Origin: Octopus sinensis
Taxonomy: Eukaryota
DNA length: 64,000 bases
Direction of reading: 5' to 3'
Assembly (NCBI RefSeq): GCF_006345805.1
Contig: NC_042999.1
Span: 84,630,001-84,694,000, forward strand
Shown: positions 13,075 through 26,861 of the stretch, in pieces
Layout of the letters: every line of letters starts with the position of its first letter
Numbering within the stretch: position 1 is the stretch's first letter
Translations under genes and position numbers: made by a program
The notes under the pieces: model-generated
Database searches by the model: none
The model's input: only the letters and a program-made list of their open reading frames with translations
Told to the model about the DNA's origin: nothing

Positions 13075-16000
13075 TCCTCATCATCATCATCATCATCATA
13101 ATCATCATCATCATCATTATTATTATTATTATTATTATTATTTTCTCTTTATCACATGTTTCGTTGGAGTTCCTGGAGCCTTGCATACATATCGGGTTTA
13201 CTACGATACCCTGCTATCTGTTCTTTTCAGCTATCTAATATTTTCATGCTTGTTCTAGTCGTGCCAAGGAAGTAAACCTTTTGTAACAGTTCTACTGAGC
13301 ACTCTATTTCCAATTTCCTTTATATTCTTCTTGATGCCTTCTGATGCTGTTACCATGGACCCAACAATCATTGATACTATCTTCGACTTCATTTTCCATA
13401 GCCGGGTTATTTCATATTTAAGAGGGTTGTATCTATCTATCTTTTCGCCTTCCTTCTTCACTATTCATGGGTCAAAGGAGCATGCAACCTCGACTATATA
13501 GCATATGTGGTGCACCTCCTCTACAGCCACTAGGTCCAGTCTATTATGCTCTAGCATCTAATCTTTTTGGATTAGGAAATCCCAAAGGATTTTGCTAATC
13601 ACCGACTCTGTCACTCTGTGCGGTTTATGCTCATATCACGTCTTCCCCTCTCTATCCCCCACTTTTCGCACAATGTAACACTTTCGCTACCTGATAGTAT
13701 CGCCGCAATTTGTAGTGGTTTTGCGCAAGTCTAGAGCATTCGTTCGTGACATGGTTTCAGTAGTTTCATTCACTATATTGCAGATGTGGCACAGCGATGA
13801 CACTTGCTCATTCCTAAGGTTGACCCTCCAGTTCGTGACCTAAACGAGGTCATGCGCTGCCAGCATGATTCTCTCGGTCTCTTTTTTTAGGGTTCTTTTC
13901 TTCAGCCAATTCCCCCCCTTTTTTTGTAGCAACTTCTGTTGTGGCTACATGGAATTGAATGTATAGTCCATTCTTGTGTAATTATTCTTCATGTCCTTTT
14001 TGTACTTCTTCCTTTTTTCTCTGTACTCAATACTCACTCGTTCCTAACTGTCGCTAGCAAAGTTTCCTTACTTTGGGCTGGGTATCTCATTAAGTGCTCG
14101 TGTTCGATACGCACGCAGCCTTCCACACTTACCACACCCCTTCGTCCATTTGCTCACTTCATGTATAGCCGACCAGTGTCTGCACGTGTTTGATGGGTTC
14201 TATGCATCGTTAGGAGCTTTCTTTACTTCTTGTCCGTCTGTTTTAGTTCCGCCTCAGTCCACTTCAGGATTCCAGCGCCATACAGAACTACTGCGACAGC
14301 GCGCGAGTTTATTGCCGAAATTACGTTTCTGGCTTTCAGCTTTTCTCACTCACCGCATGTGTTCTCTTGTTGTCTTTTCCTTCATGCCGTAGTGTTTGAT
14401 TCTATCTGCCTCAAGTATTCCCAGGTATTTATGGCTGGATTGAGGTTGAATCGCTTTCATCATTTCACCACTTGGCAACCATATGCCTTCTGACCTGGAA
14501 AGCTTTCCTCGTCTCATCACCATCGTAGCACATTTTGAGAGTCCAAACTCCATCCTAATATCATTCGATAAAATTCGCACAGACTGAAGTAAGCTGTCCA
14601 GCCTGCCTTAGTTTTTATGAATGGTTTCTGGGCGTCCATGAATAGCAACTGGTTCGTGTTTCCCTTACCTCTCCTCAGATCATACCCCAATTTTGTTTTC
14701 TGTAGTATTTCATTCAAGAAGATCATTCCCAGCACATATATCAATAGGGAAGCACAGTCCCCTTGAAAATTTTCTCTTGATTTTCACTTCTCCTAGTACT
14801 TGCTTTCCTACTGTCAATTCCGTTCTCCAGCATTTCATGCTATTCCATATAAGGTTTCTCATATTTTCTGCTACTCCATACATTTTCATTATTCTTAATT
14901 TCTTGGAGCGTGGTGTCATATCGTATGCATTGCGATTTAACCCATTCTATGTTCAGGCTTGTATATCTTCTCTTGCAGCTCCTGATAATTAGATTGTCAA
15001 TTAAAGGCTGATCCTTCGTTCCCCGGCTCCATTTTTGGCATCCTTTCTGTTCAATGGGTAGCAGCCCACTTTTTTTCCAAGTATGCAAACAGTTCAACGG
15101 TCAAAGCACCTGCCATTAGTTTCCACATTAGCGGAAGTCATGTTACTGGTCTAAAATTGGATGCAACATATCCCTTTTCAGGATCCTTGGCACATAACAA
15201 TATCTTTCCCTCTGTCATCGAGATGGGTACTGAGCTTCCCGCAAGCTCTCATCTAGCTGTTGTGCAATCCTTTCATGGAACCCTCTCAGCTTCTTCATCC
15301 AATAACTTTAGATTCCATCCGTTCCTGTACTCTTCCAATTTGAGAATTTTCTTAACTGCTTTTTTTAATATTCTGCAGCTATCTTTATGTCTTCTTGGAC
15401 TTCTATATTTTAAAACTTATCTTGGATTTCATGCAGTCACTCCGCTTCATCATTATGCTCTACTGGTCGGTCATAGCTCCTTCTCCAGAATTCCATGCTC
15501 TCCTCTGCATCTGGTATCATTGTTACGTGTATTTGCCCATCTAGTTCCTGAAACAGTTTCTTCTGATTTGTTTCAAACAATCTGTTTTACCCGAACTGTT
15601 TTTTTTCTATTGCCACATCTTTTCAGTTTTGCTTTGATTGCTACTCCTCTTGGCTTCAATTCTTCCAATATCACATTATAACCTTTATCTCTAATTCTAT
15701 ATGTCCTTTCCAGCAGCATTATTTTTATGCTTTCGTTCTGCAATTCCCCTCTTCTCAATCTATCAACTTGTCCTAAATGTCTTTTTAACTTTGCTTCTCA
15801 CAAATTTGTCTACGCCAGTATAGTTCTTTCCATTTTGTTTGTTCTTTTCATTTGTATCCAATTCTATCTGCAGCAATCATAGCTGCAGCCCAAATATTAT
15901 TGTTAGTTTCAGCTATAGTTCTTGCCTGGAATAGCCAAAGAAATGATTCTATCTTTTCGGTTTCAACTTTGAGCTTGCATCGATCGATGTACCTCAGGTT

Positions 16001-17095
16001 AGTGGGTGCTCGATCCTGGCCTTCCCTAATATATTGGCACAACATCCTCACTATTTTTTGATGGTCATCATAATATTCTTGTGATATATTTCTTTCAATT
16101 ACTTGTGCTTCATTTGCTGAGAATGTATTTACATTTAAACTTTGCTGTATTTCTTCATTGTCACCTTTCATTTTCTGTTTTCACTGGGCACGTTATCTGT
16201 TGAAGTATTAATTATATCTTCTACTTCCCCTTTTATCTCTTCTATTTCCATGTCTATTAACCACTCTTTTGGTCTTATTTCTCGCTACTAGTCGGCTAAC
16301 CGTTGCTCATTTGAGTCCTATCTCATTCCATTTTGGTTTCATTCGTTGTCGGAACCCCCTTCTGTTGGGTTCACTCCTGATCCAGCATTAAATTACCTTT
16401 TGGTTTGCGTCCTTATCTCACCTTCTTCTCTACGTTTGGTTTTGTATACAAGAAGTCTCTAGATGACGAGCAGACTTGTGCTGCTCAAGCGCAGGACATT
16501 TGACGGACGAAAGGCTTTCACTTTATATGATACATTTGTATTAGATAATTTCTCTCAACATTGCGGTATGTATTTTGAGGTTAGCCACCAAGCGGTATTT
16601 TTATTGAGACACCATATATAGTAAGATTGTCAGCCGAGACTGCAGAGCTCTTACTACCCATAAGTTGAGCCTGTTCCCTTCGCATTTCTGTGATGAGGAT
16701 TATATATTCTCCCTAGAATTCCCACTAGGAGACAGGTGAGCGTCAGTTGGTCTAATATCTTCATCAAAATTTGCTATAGAGTTAAGTACATATTCGCGGT
16801 TCATTCGCCTCCATCCCAGACATGGAGACGTTGAACACTGAGGGGTTGTTACCACTGTGACTGAGGAGTCCTATCTAGCCCAGTTTTAAATCAGTGTTTC
16901 TTCTAGACAGACTGCCAACCAAGGTTCACAAGTTGTGTCTACCCGTTTTTGGGATGGCCATTGACCCTTTGAGTTCCCTCTGCCTTTTGCCGACTTTTGT
17001 TTTGAATCCCCCAGGGTGTCGAAAATCCACCCTCCTCATCAAGAAATTTTGGTGGTTTCCGGTTTAGTCGCCGATGATTCAACGGTTTCTCAGCA
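13075..17095 (-). mobile_element. Decayed near-full-length R4/Dong-type non-LTR retrotransposon (RT plus restriction-like endonuclease) with (AAT)n/(GAT)n tail
   Basis: Minus-strand translations across frameshifts: N-terminal CWIRSEPNRRGFRQRM, TIAETNNNIWAAA; [49 protein letters not shown]; RLE C-terminus KILWDF...IVEVACSFD...EKIDRYNPLKYEITRLW. Many stops; catalytic DD reads DA. Confidence 0.9.
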
Positions 17096-17135
17096 CCACT
17101 ATTACAACTATTATCACTATATTATTAATATTATT

Positions 17136-17137
<2 letters not shown>

Positions 17138-17183
<46 letters not shown>

Positions 17184-17187
17184 TTCA

Positions 17188-17240
<53 letters not shown>

Positions 17241-17730
17241 GCCTTTGCACAGCTTCTAACGCTGGAGATGTATTACAGTGTCAGCTGTTCACTACCATTG
17301 AACTAAGGTAACACCTGTTATTTTTCGTGCACCTTCCGGAGTATTCGAGCGGTTCCAGGCAGTGCTGTTTTCTGCAAGTACTCCACCCTTACTACAGCAC
17401 CTATTTGTTCCACGTATTTCTCGAGATTTTTGCTCACTGTTCCCAGGGCTCCGACAATTATTGGTACTGCTGCTACCTTTTTCATCGACCAAAACTGCTT
17501 AACTTCCCAAGCTAACCTGTCATGTCTTTCGACTTTTCTTTCTTCCTTATCGCATACCTTTTTCACTGTTTGTCTCATATTCAACATTCCTATGAAATTG
17601 ATCATGCATTCTTTTCTTTACCCACCTGTTTTCAGTTTCATTTGTTTTCAATTTCTTGTATAGTGCTTTATACAAGGCTGACCCTCTTACTTCTAATAAT
17701 AGCGGTTCTGTGGCATTTCTACATAAACTA
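17138..17730 (-). mobile_element. Second R4/Dong-type 3' fragment, internally deleted, with (AAT)n(GAT)n tail
   Basis: ORF 17318-17605 ends VPIIVGALGTVSKNLEKY...LQKTALPGTARILRKV. Upstream NATEPLL...KRMHDQFHR. Different 3' UTR from the first copy. Confidence 0.9.
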
Positions 17731-17812
17731 AAAAAATAAATATTTATCGATATAGAGAAAGACTGACAGAGAGACAGCAAGACAGATAGCTAGAGACAAA
17801 TGTATGTATATG

Positions 17813-18068
17813 TAGATAGATAGATAGATACATACATACATACATACATACATACATACATACATACATACATACATACGTAGGTAGGTAGGTAGGTAGG
17901 TAGGTAGGTAGATAGGTAGGTAGGTAGGTAGGTAGGTAGGTAGGTAGGTAGGTAGGTAGGTAGGTAGGTAGGTAGGTAAGTAGGTAGGTAGGTAGGTAGG
18001 TAGGTAGGTAGGTAGGTAGGTAGGTAGGTAGCTAGGTAGATAGATAGATAGGTAGGTAGGTAGGTAGG
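17813..18068. repeat. Compound (TAGA)n(TACA)n(TAGG)n microsatellite
   Basis: Direct reading. Confidence 0.95.
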
Positions 18069-18671
18069 CAGGCTGAGAGACACAAACACATACAAACACC
18101 CAGAAAGACGGACAGATACAGTCATATATATATATAGTCTAAGCTAAGAGCATTAGAACCCTTTGTAAGAAAGCTAGCGCATGTGTACGGCAACAAAGAC
18201 TAAAAACATACAAAAACGGAGAACATGGTATGCAATTACGAATACAAACAACAAGAAATAACAACAGGCGTCTTCCTGTTGAGAACGAAACAAATTGAGC
18301 TGGCGTGTATGAAGTGAAAGCCTGAAGGCAGGCACATAGGAGGTGGACGTAAAAGGTGTTGGAGGTCGGCAGTCAGACCAAGAATGAAAGATCATGGCTG
18401 GCCAGACACCGGTTACGTGGAGTGAAGAGAGATGGATGGGGGAGAGCGGAATTGAAGGATTAGAAAAAAATCAGAGACAAAGGGAAAGGTACAGGAGAGA
18501 TAAATGAGTGGGGAATAGTGGGAGTTAAAGAAAGACAGGGCCAATAAATGTGAGAGAGGGGGAGCGAGAAAAAGGAAGAAAATGAGAGGGAGAATAAAAG
18601 ATAGATTAAGAGTCGTAGAAAATTTAGATAATACCTACTATAAAGTGAGTACAAGGGTGTACTTACGTCGC

Positions 18672-18702
<31 letters not shown>

Positions 18703-18704
18703 TA

Positions 18705-18750
<46 letters not shown>

Positions 18751-18893
18751 GGAACAGAAACACAATAAAGGGCATTAAAACGTTCGGACCGATAGACAAT
18801 ACAAAAGGCGGACGATATATACATATATATATATATATATAATATATATATATTATATATATATATATCAGTGTGTGTGTGTGTGTGTGTGTG

Positions 18894-18929
<36 letters not shown>

Positions 18930-18935
18930 ATGTAT

Positions 18936-19063
18936 GTAAGCACATACATATGCATTTACGTATGTATGCACGTACGCATCTGTGTATTCACATGTGCTTC
19001 TGTGTATATTTATGTATATAAATGTACATATACGTTTTGTTTTATGTACGTATTATTATATCT

Positions 19064-19114
<51 letters not shown>

Positions 19115-19238
19115 ACAAGAACAGGTACATAAAACAAAACGTATATCTACATTTATATACATAAATATACATAGAAACACATATAAATACACAGATGCGT
19201 ACGTGCATACATACGTAAATGCATATGTACGTGCTTAC
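18936..19238. repeat. Inverted duplication centred on a (TA)n tract
   Basis: 18936-19066 is the reverse complement of 19113-19238 (about 90% by eye). Confidence 0.9.
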
Positions 19239-19283
19239 ACACATGCATACATACATACATACATACATACATACATACATACA

Positions 19284-19314
<31 letters not shown>

Positions 19315-20186
19315 CGTGCATACATAACTATCTAACAGGAATGGGGATGCGCTGAATGTATAGGAGAAAAAATAAATATGTATCAATGGTTGAATAACAG
19401 CAAAATACCAATCATAGTTCGATTACATCAAGCACCTGAATTCAAAAGAAAAGTCAATAATAATGTTGTCACCGAAAATAAAAATGAGAAAGAATGAAAA
19501 AGCCAAATATCAAATAAAATAAGATAAACGAATAAATGAATGAATCAGTGTAAAAAAAAAAAAACAACAACCAGTGATTGCAACTGTAAAAATCCAATAC
19601 ATTTCTGACGCTATAGAAACTTCGTTAGTATTTAGTGACCTGGAACGAACGGTGTTTCTAGTTCGTTGAACTTATATTCAATAACTAAAAGCTGCAGCAT
19701 CTAACTACTTGTAAATGGACTGCTATCACAGCTCAAAATCCCGTTCCCATTTCATGTAGGGTTTGAGGCCCAATAAAGAAAATAAAAGCAATAAAAAATA
19801 TCAAGGTTCCGGTTAGAATACTGACATGCCTTTGTGAAATGAAATAAAAAGGAAATGTATGGAATATTTATTAGGGTTGAACAAATTTTTTTATTGGATG
19901 GGTAGCATAACAAAAGGGAACAATAGCTCTACATTCTCGTAGCTGAATCAAATCTCAAAATTCTACAGAAACATTTATAAAACATTAATGCAATAGAAAA
20001 CACGTCTTTTTATTCGTGACACACAAACACGCGCTTGTAAAACTAGAAAACTACACGTTTTATATTGATATATACGAGTTGTTTCTATTTACGTATGGCG
20101 GCTGTGTGAGTTGGTGTATATATATTTCTGTAACGGAAGTATTTGAAGTTATCATATACATGTGTTCGTTTGCGTATATGTATATA

Positions 20187-20235
<49 letters not shown>

Positions 20236-20241
20236 TATATA

Positions 20242-20278
<37 letters not shown>

Positions 20279-21349
20279 CAGTGTGTGTGGTGTGTGTGTA
20301 TACATATATGTATATATAAATATCATATATATATATATATATATATACATACATATGTATGCACTCACGTACACATACACACAAATATACACACACACAG
20401 ACATACATATATATATACACAATTGATAACGTGCTTACGAACCTGCTTTTATGTGCCCAAATAAATTGCTATCTTAAGTGAAAAATGCATGCATAAAACT
20501 TTTCAGTGTACATCTATTGCAAGTCTATTCAAAAATGTTGCATATACAGGCGTGTGTGTTTGTGTGTGTGTGTGCATGTGTGTGTATGTGTGTGTGTGTG
20601 CGTGTGTGTGTGTTTGTGTGTGTGTGTGAGTGTGTGTGTGTGTGTGTGCGCGCGCGTGCACGCGTGTGTGTGTATGTGTGTAAGCTTTTGTGTATGCCCA
20701 CGTTCATGTGACTGTCTCTGTTTGCTTATGCTTGTGTGTGTTTCTCAGCCTATTTCCTCCTTTGTGTATGTATGAATGTGTGTATTTTATTAGTGTATGT
20801 GCGCAGAAAATTACAAAAATCTTTGTAAGTTTTTTAATCTGAGACCAAAGAAATCAATAACAGATGTACTTTTGTTGAAAGTTGAGAAACGCAGTTTTTA
20901 GAACTTTGTAAGTCACGCATGCTGCAGCCACATATTCGACACAGTTGCGCCGTTCCATTCCAGCAAATGTACAAATGATTCTCTACCTTTTGAAGCCAGG
21001 AAAATACAAAATTCTAAAGAACTAGACACACATGACAAACGAGATGTATATTCTAAGTTGTACGTACGTACGTATATAAGTATGAATGTTCGTGGATGTA
21101 TACATATGTGTACTATCTTAGAAAACAATTTCCCTTATGTCACATATGCAGCAATCGTGTATGTATATACACACTTACGCGCGCATATATATATGTGTGT
21201 GTGTGTATACATGTACACACATATATACGCAGAGAGAGAGAGAGAGAGAGAGAGAGAGTGTGTGTGTGTGTGAAAGAGATCGGGTAAACTACTTGAATAC
21301 GTATAAATTTTTTCTATAGGTTAGCCAATCTACCGCCCATAAATTTTGC

Positions 21350-21600
21350 AAATCGTCTTTGACAAGATACATCGGTTCGATTGATGTTCGTTTTGAATAT
21401 CTTTGAGAGAATATAGGGAGGTAGAACGATCTAACGTTGGCGATGAAGGGTAAATTTCCAAACGAGAATTAGTTACGTTGCGGATGGATTTTGGCAACAG
21501 CGTAAAGTATGAAGAGGAAGAGAGTCGGGTGATTGAGGCAGTCTTGAGTAAAGTGGGTATGGTAAAGCTTATTTGGAGACTAGATGCATTCAGAGTATCG
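21350..21600 (-). mobile_element. Possible decayed PLE RT fragment
   Basis: LFILYAVAKIHP resembles the PLE F/Y-x-LPKIHK motif. Little other support. Confidence 0.3.
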
Positions 21601-22639
21601 TAAGGAAAGGAAGAAATAGAACAATATACGTCTATGAAATAAATTTTGTCGATTGCTCATGAGTTCAGTGTACTTATGTAAATAATGCACAATATAGTTA
21701 TATAATTTCAGATATACATCTAGTGCTTCGATGTAGATATTCCGTAAGCTGTGAGGGATGTGGTGTTTTATGATCTCCAGTAAAGAAAAATAAATATGTA
21801 GTTTGAAATTGTAACAATATTGTATAGATGAAGTTACAGTAAGAGATCATCAGTTTGTGAGTGTCAGAATTTATTAAAACTACAGGCTCCTGTTCTATGT
21901 CCGTGGGTAAGATAGTGAAATACAAGAGTACACTACAGTGATATTTATTATAAGGATTGAAAAAATTGATGTGTCAAATTGACACTTTCATACCTGGATA
22001 TTCAAACCGCATTCAGAATGGAGACACATACAAATACATTTAAGTATATGTGCAAATTTGTTTTAGGTAGGATGTAGTAAGGTAACTAAAACAATAATAA
22101 AAAGTGAAATATCACTATTCATATTTTGAATTCTTCATTACGATCGTGTCAATAATTTTATACTCTTAAGACAATTTAGCCGCCACATCAGAAAAAGTTA
22201 CCGAAATACCAAACCTGAAATATCATCCAAATATTATCGGAAATAACAAAAAACTAAAGATAAAAATTTTTAAAAACGGAGGATAAAACAAACATAAAAA
22301 TTCAAATAAACAATACAAGCAACAAAATATAAAATTATTATAATAAAGTTCGAAGAGCAATACAAGTAAAAATTCAAGAACCTCAGTCAATAGATATATA
22401 GGTCAGGTTGACACGAAAACATCTATCTAGTTTGGACTTTTTGAATTATGAATAAAGTATTGAAAATATTAATAACTAACTTAACGATTATTTAGGTCAC
22501 AAACTAGGTACTATTCAAGGAAATATGGGAAGGTTTAGCACACACAATAACCTTCAGATATACAATTTGCGTATACACACATATACGCATGCATACATAC
22601 ATATATATTTATGTTTAATAAAAAATATAACTTATTTAC

Positions 22640-22925
22640 CTGAATGTTAACATCATCTCCTTCCAAATAGTCACCTTGTACAGCGAGACACCAGTCTCAG
22701 CGTTGCTGCCACTTTTCGGAGTCATTTTTCGTAAGCGGGTCGAGGACCTTCTGCAATTCGCTCTGGATCTTGACAACGGTGTTAATACGGTGATCTTTGA
22801 ATTGCAGTTTCATCTTGGGGGGGGGAATGGAAGTCTGCGGGTGCCAAATCTGGCGAATAGGGCAGGTACGTAAGTGACCTCATATTCTTTTTGGCAAGAG
22901 ATTCACAAGCGAGGAGAGCTTGGTG
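22640..22925 (-). mobile_element. mariner transposase C-terminal remnant
   Basis: YLPYSPDLAPADF...KMKLQFK...KWQQR*DWCLAVQGDYLEGD; YSPDLAP is the mariner signature. Confidence 0.9.
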
Positions 22926-24472
22926 AAGAATCCAGTTCTTCGCGAGTGTGTGTGTGATAAATACACACTACACAGATGCATAGACATAAATAATTGTTCA
23001 CTCAACTGCACATTGAACCCAATATACACATCCATAACCACAAATATAGAAATGTTAATCAGCGGAAACATTTACCTGAACAATGCAACTGACAATTACA
23101 TACACAATTAGATACGCAAATTATGATATATTCTTATAGTCCAGTACATAAAATACATGCAAACAAACAACATATATGCATGTATTCATAACGGATATAA
23201 CTATAAACAAATGATTCACTCAAGGCAAACTTAATACCCAGCAAAGCTATATTCATTAAATGGCAAAGAAGTGGATTGCTGAGATCATAATGAAATGAGG
23301 CACAGTACATTGAGTGGTGAATGATGTCATCATTGCCAATAAATAAGAAAGCAAGAATAGTAATGAGATGGAAAATAAAACTCAGATAAAATATGATATT
23401 GTTCTTAGTAGTGATAGAAAATTGTTCCACCATTAGTGCATAAGGACTACTAGAATTGAAAAGAATTAAGGGATTTTGTTCAGAGTAGAAGGTATATACA
23501 GTCATCTAACGAATGTCCAGAAGATCACTTATAAAGAATATTTATACTTGTCTTTACGAAAAAACTTTGGAAATGTATACTAGTTTTTGATCTCTCTATT
23601 ATATTGGATCGTTTGTATCCATTATGTAGTTCATTCGTGTCAATTATTTCATGATCCTTGCATTTAAATTGGGAAAAAGGGAAGCATAAAGTAAAAAGAG
23701 AGAAATCAGGCATTACATGTATTTTAGCATATATTCTCGTACCGTTTAATTGAGTATCGCTGAATCAACTGTACATTTATCCAAGTAGATTTTAATGTTT
23801 CGTTTAGAATAATAATAATAAATTTATACTAAAGTCATAACAAATAAGTTCATAGCAAATTGCTGATAAGCTTCGTTTATTTAATAAATAACAATAATCT
23901 GCTGTAAACAATTCAAGTGGTTTCAGGATTACATAAACGCAAACCTCTCCAACTACGCAGAATATGCAATTCTCTAATTCGTCTTGAATCTAAGTCTTTT
24001 ATCTTTTTTAGAGATATAGAAATCTAAGTTTGGGGTTACAACAGAGCGATTGTACATCGGTATATATGTTTTTTTGTTGATCATATTTAATACCTATTAT
24101 TTTAAGCGTTTGCGCTGCTTTTATAGAATGATTTACAACGTACACATTTAATATGTAACGAACAACAATCTCAATTATTACAACTAAATGTACAGCTATA
24201 TTAACTATATAAAAGAATCTGGCTATTATTGTATAGTAGAATGCACCGTGGGATTCAATATTTTTTAAAAAACTAAATCGCTTAATTCCTTCATAGTATT
24301 ATTAAGAATTGGCTTGCACAAACCATTCGTGCCTCCAAACCATTCGTGCCTGAGGAGTTATGTTTATCAACAAGATTTATTAAGCTAGATATAAGTTATT
24401 TCATTTCGCTGCGCATAACATCCTTTCATACTACCCTTTTTACCAATTCCTAATTTTATGTTACATTGAGTA

Positions 24473-24685
24473 TACTCTTTTACTTGTTTCAGTCATTTGA
24501 TTGCGGCCATGCTGGAGCAGCGCCTTTAATCGAGCAACTCGACCCCGGGACTTATTCTTTTGTAAGCCCAGTACTTATTCTATCGGTCTCTTTTGCCGAA
24601 CCGCTAAGTAACGGGGAGATAAACACACCAGCATCGGTCGTCAAGCAATGCTAGGGGGACAAACACAGACACACAAACATACACA

Positions 24686-24758
<73 letters not shown>

Positions 24759-24918
24759 CGGGCTTCTTTCAGTTTCCGTCTACCAAATCCACTCACAATG
24801 CTTTGGTCGGCCCGAGGTTATAGTAGAAGACACTTGCCCAAGGTGCCACGCAGTGGGACTGAGCCCGGAACCATAAGGCTGGTAAACAAGCTACTTACCA
24901 CACAGCCACTCCTGCGCC
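24473..24918 (-). mobile_element. Full-length tRNA-type SINE family A with internal microsatellite
   Basis: Reverse complement of the 31920-32330 copy. Head ggcgcaggagtggctgtgtggtaag, B-box-like ggctcagtccc, tail gaaacaagtaaaagagta. Confidence 0.9.
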
Positions 24919-25269
24919 TATCATTTTATAAGATTAGTTCTATAGTTCTACAACACGGACTGGTCGAGACAGACCTATCGGATATCTACTGAATATCTAT
25001 GCTCCAGCAGAAAATTCCTTTTAAATATTACAATTGTCTTGAAATTGTTGTTTCCATCTGATTACAGAATCATGGTTTAAAGTAGATAATACCTTTCTTT
25101 TTATTCTTCTATTATCTTTGTGTTGAGTGCCATCACAGAAATTACAACTATTCGTATTTTCTATGTTAATATGCCTTTCAAGAGTCCGCTCATGTTTTCA
25201 TTCATGGTTACATTATCAGAAGTTTTATTTTTCTTATTTTTAACACGTCTACAATCAAAGTTTATATTC

Positions 25270-25772
25270 TCCCTTTATATGGAGAATTACCAAACCAACT
25301 CCTTAGAAAATACTTCTATGTTTACCTTGCGATAGTTTTCATCTTACTCAACTCGTATTTATCACCAATACCAGTAGGCTTTCTTTAATAAATTGAAGCA
25401 AAAATATTTCAATGAGATGCATACTTACTTAAAAACCGAACTTTGGAGTTATTAGATTTATTAGAAAAACTTGTATTGCCTTTTTATTTAGCTTAATCCC
25501 TATGTCCTTTTCATACATTTATTTTTCTTATATTTCTCTTTTTAAATTTAAGAGCCTGTTTAATTTTTGTATCTTTAATATAGTTAATTTTCTCTTTATA
25601 ACCATTCTTGCTTAAAGCATCATAATAATATTGTGCCTTATCTTTACATTTTTGATAATTGGCCGAAAGAATCGATTTCCTAACAGATTCATTTTGCACT
25701 AGGCTATGAATAATGGAACTAAGGTAATTAGATAGTTTATGCACATACTAGAGATTCTCATTTGGTTCGTAG
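25270..25772 (-). mobile_element. Decayed PLE RT thumb and linker
   Basis: YVHKLSNYLSSII...YYDALSKNGYKEKINY and downstream WFGNSPY match the PLE pattern YVH-SNHPP...Y-EAL-KSGY...WFNPP. Confidence 0.7.
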
Positions 25773-26577
25773 AAAAATGAAAATTGTATAAAAATTGAGC
25801 GTTTTGTAAAGGAAGATAACTATTTTAGCATTTGCTTCAAAGGCAATTGTCAGTAAAAATTTATTAAACTATATTTAGGCGTTTCTTCAGTCTTTCTAAA
25901 ACAGAGAAAGATGATCTGATTCCACCAAGAAAGCATCATCTCTTTACATCCTACCTCCTAAATTGGGAAAATATTTAAGTATTTCATACAAAAAGTATAG
26001 ACCGACAAATAATTTGAAACCGAGTAGTGGCATTTCAGTCCTAAACAAAACAACAGAAGATTTATTGTTTATACTTATGGATACTTGCTTTCTTATTTCA
26101 CCTCATTTTATTTCACCTGATGCATAAAAGACATCATGGAGTCAATATTTTTCCGTCAGTGTGACACCAGTTATCTCAGATAAGAAAAAATTTGTCTCTA
26201 ACCACGATATCATCCTAATTGCGGACATCAGAAAAAAAAAATGAAACCAAAACGGTTACATATATTTCAATACTGCAATTTCACAATATTAATCTGTTCA
26301 AAGCTGGCTGGAGATGAAATAGGCCGGAAATATTATTTACCGACGTGTCCTTCATTCATAGTTACTAAGCAAATCTTTAACCATTCGGCGAAATTGCCTC
26401 TCTATATACCTATTTATATATGTATCTATCAATCAGCCAATCAGTCTATCTATCCATCCATCCATCTATTTATCTATATATCCGTCTGTCCGTTCCTCTG
26501 TCTCTCTATCTTTCTTTATGTTAGACCACAGGACTCAACACGTGTCTTTCATTCCCTCTCTATTTATTTTCTCTTAT

Positions 26578-26616
26578 TCTTTTCTAACGAAGAGCATTGG
26601 CTCGAAAAGTAAAAGA
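26578..26616 (+). ncRNA. Degenerate minimal hammerhead motif in a PLE-terminus-like repeat
   Basis: tctttt CTAACGA a GAGC-attg-GCTC GAAA aGT a aaaga. Core G5 and stem III C are mutated. Confidence 0.4.
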
Positions 26617-26716
26617 CTTATCTATATTTCCCGAGCATCAAATTAATATACTTGCTTGTTGTTCCTGCACTTGTCTCCGCTTTTGTTTTCCTGTAAATTT
26701 GAACTATATATATATA

Positions 26717-26768
<52 letters not shown>

Positions 26769-26802
26769 TGTATGTATGTATATATGTACGTATGTATATA
26801 TG

Positions 26803-26834
<32 letters not shown>

Positions 26835-26861
26835 TGTATGTATGTATACATATATATATAT

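Noticed and set aside
18360-18430. Minus-strand GUAAC-CGGU-GUC, hammerhead-like 3' half
   Set aside because: Core mutated and no matching 5' core or stem I.
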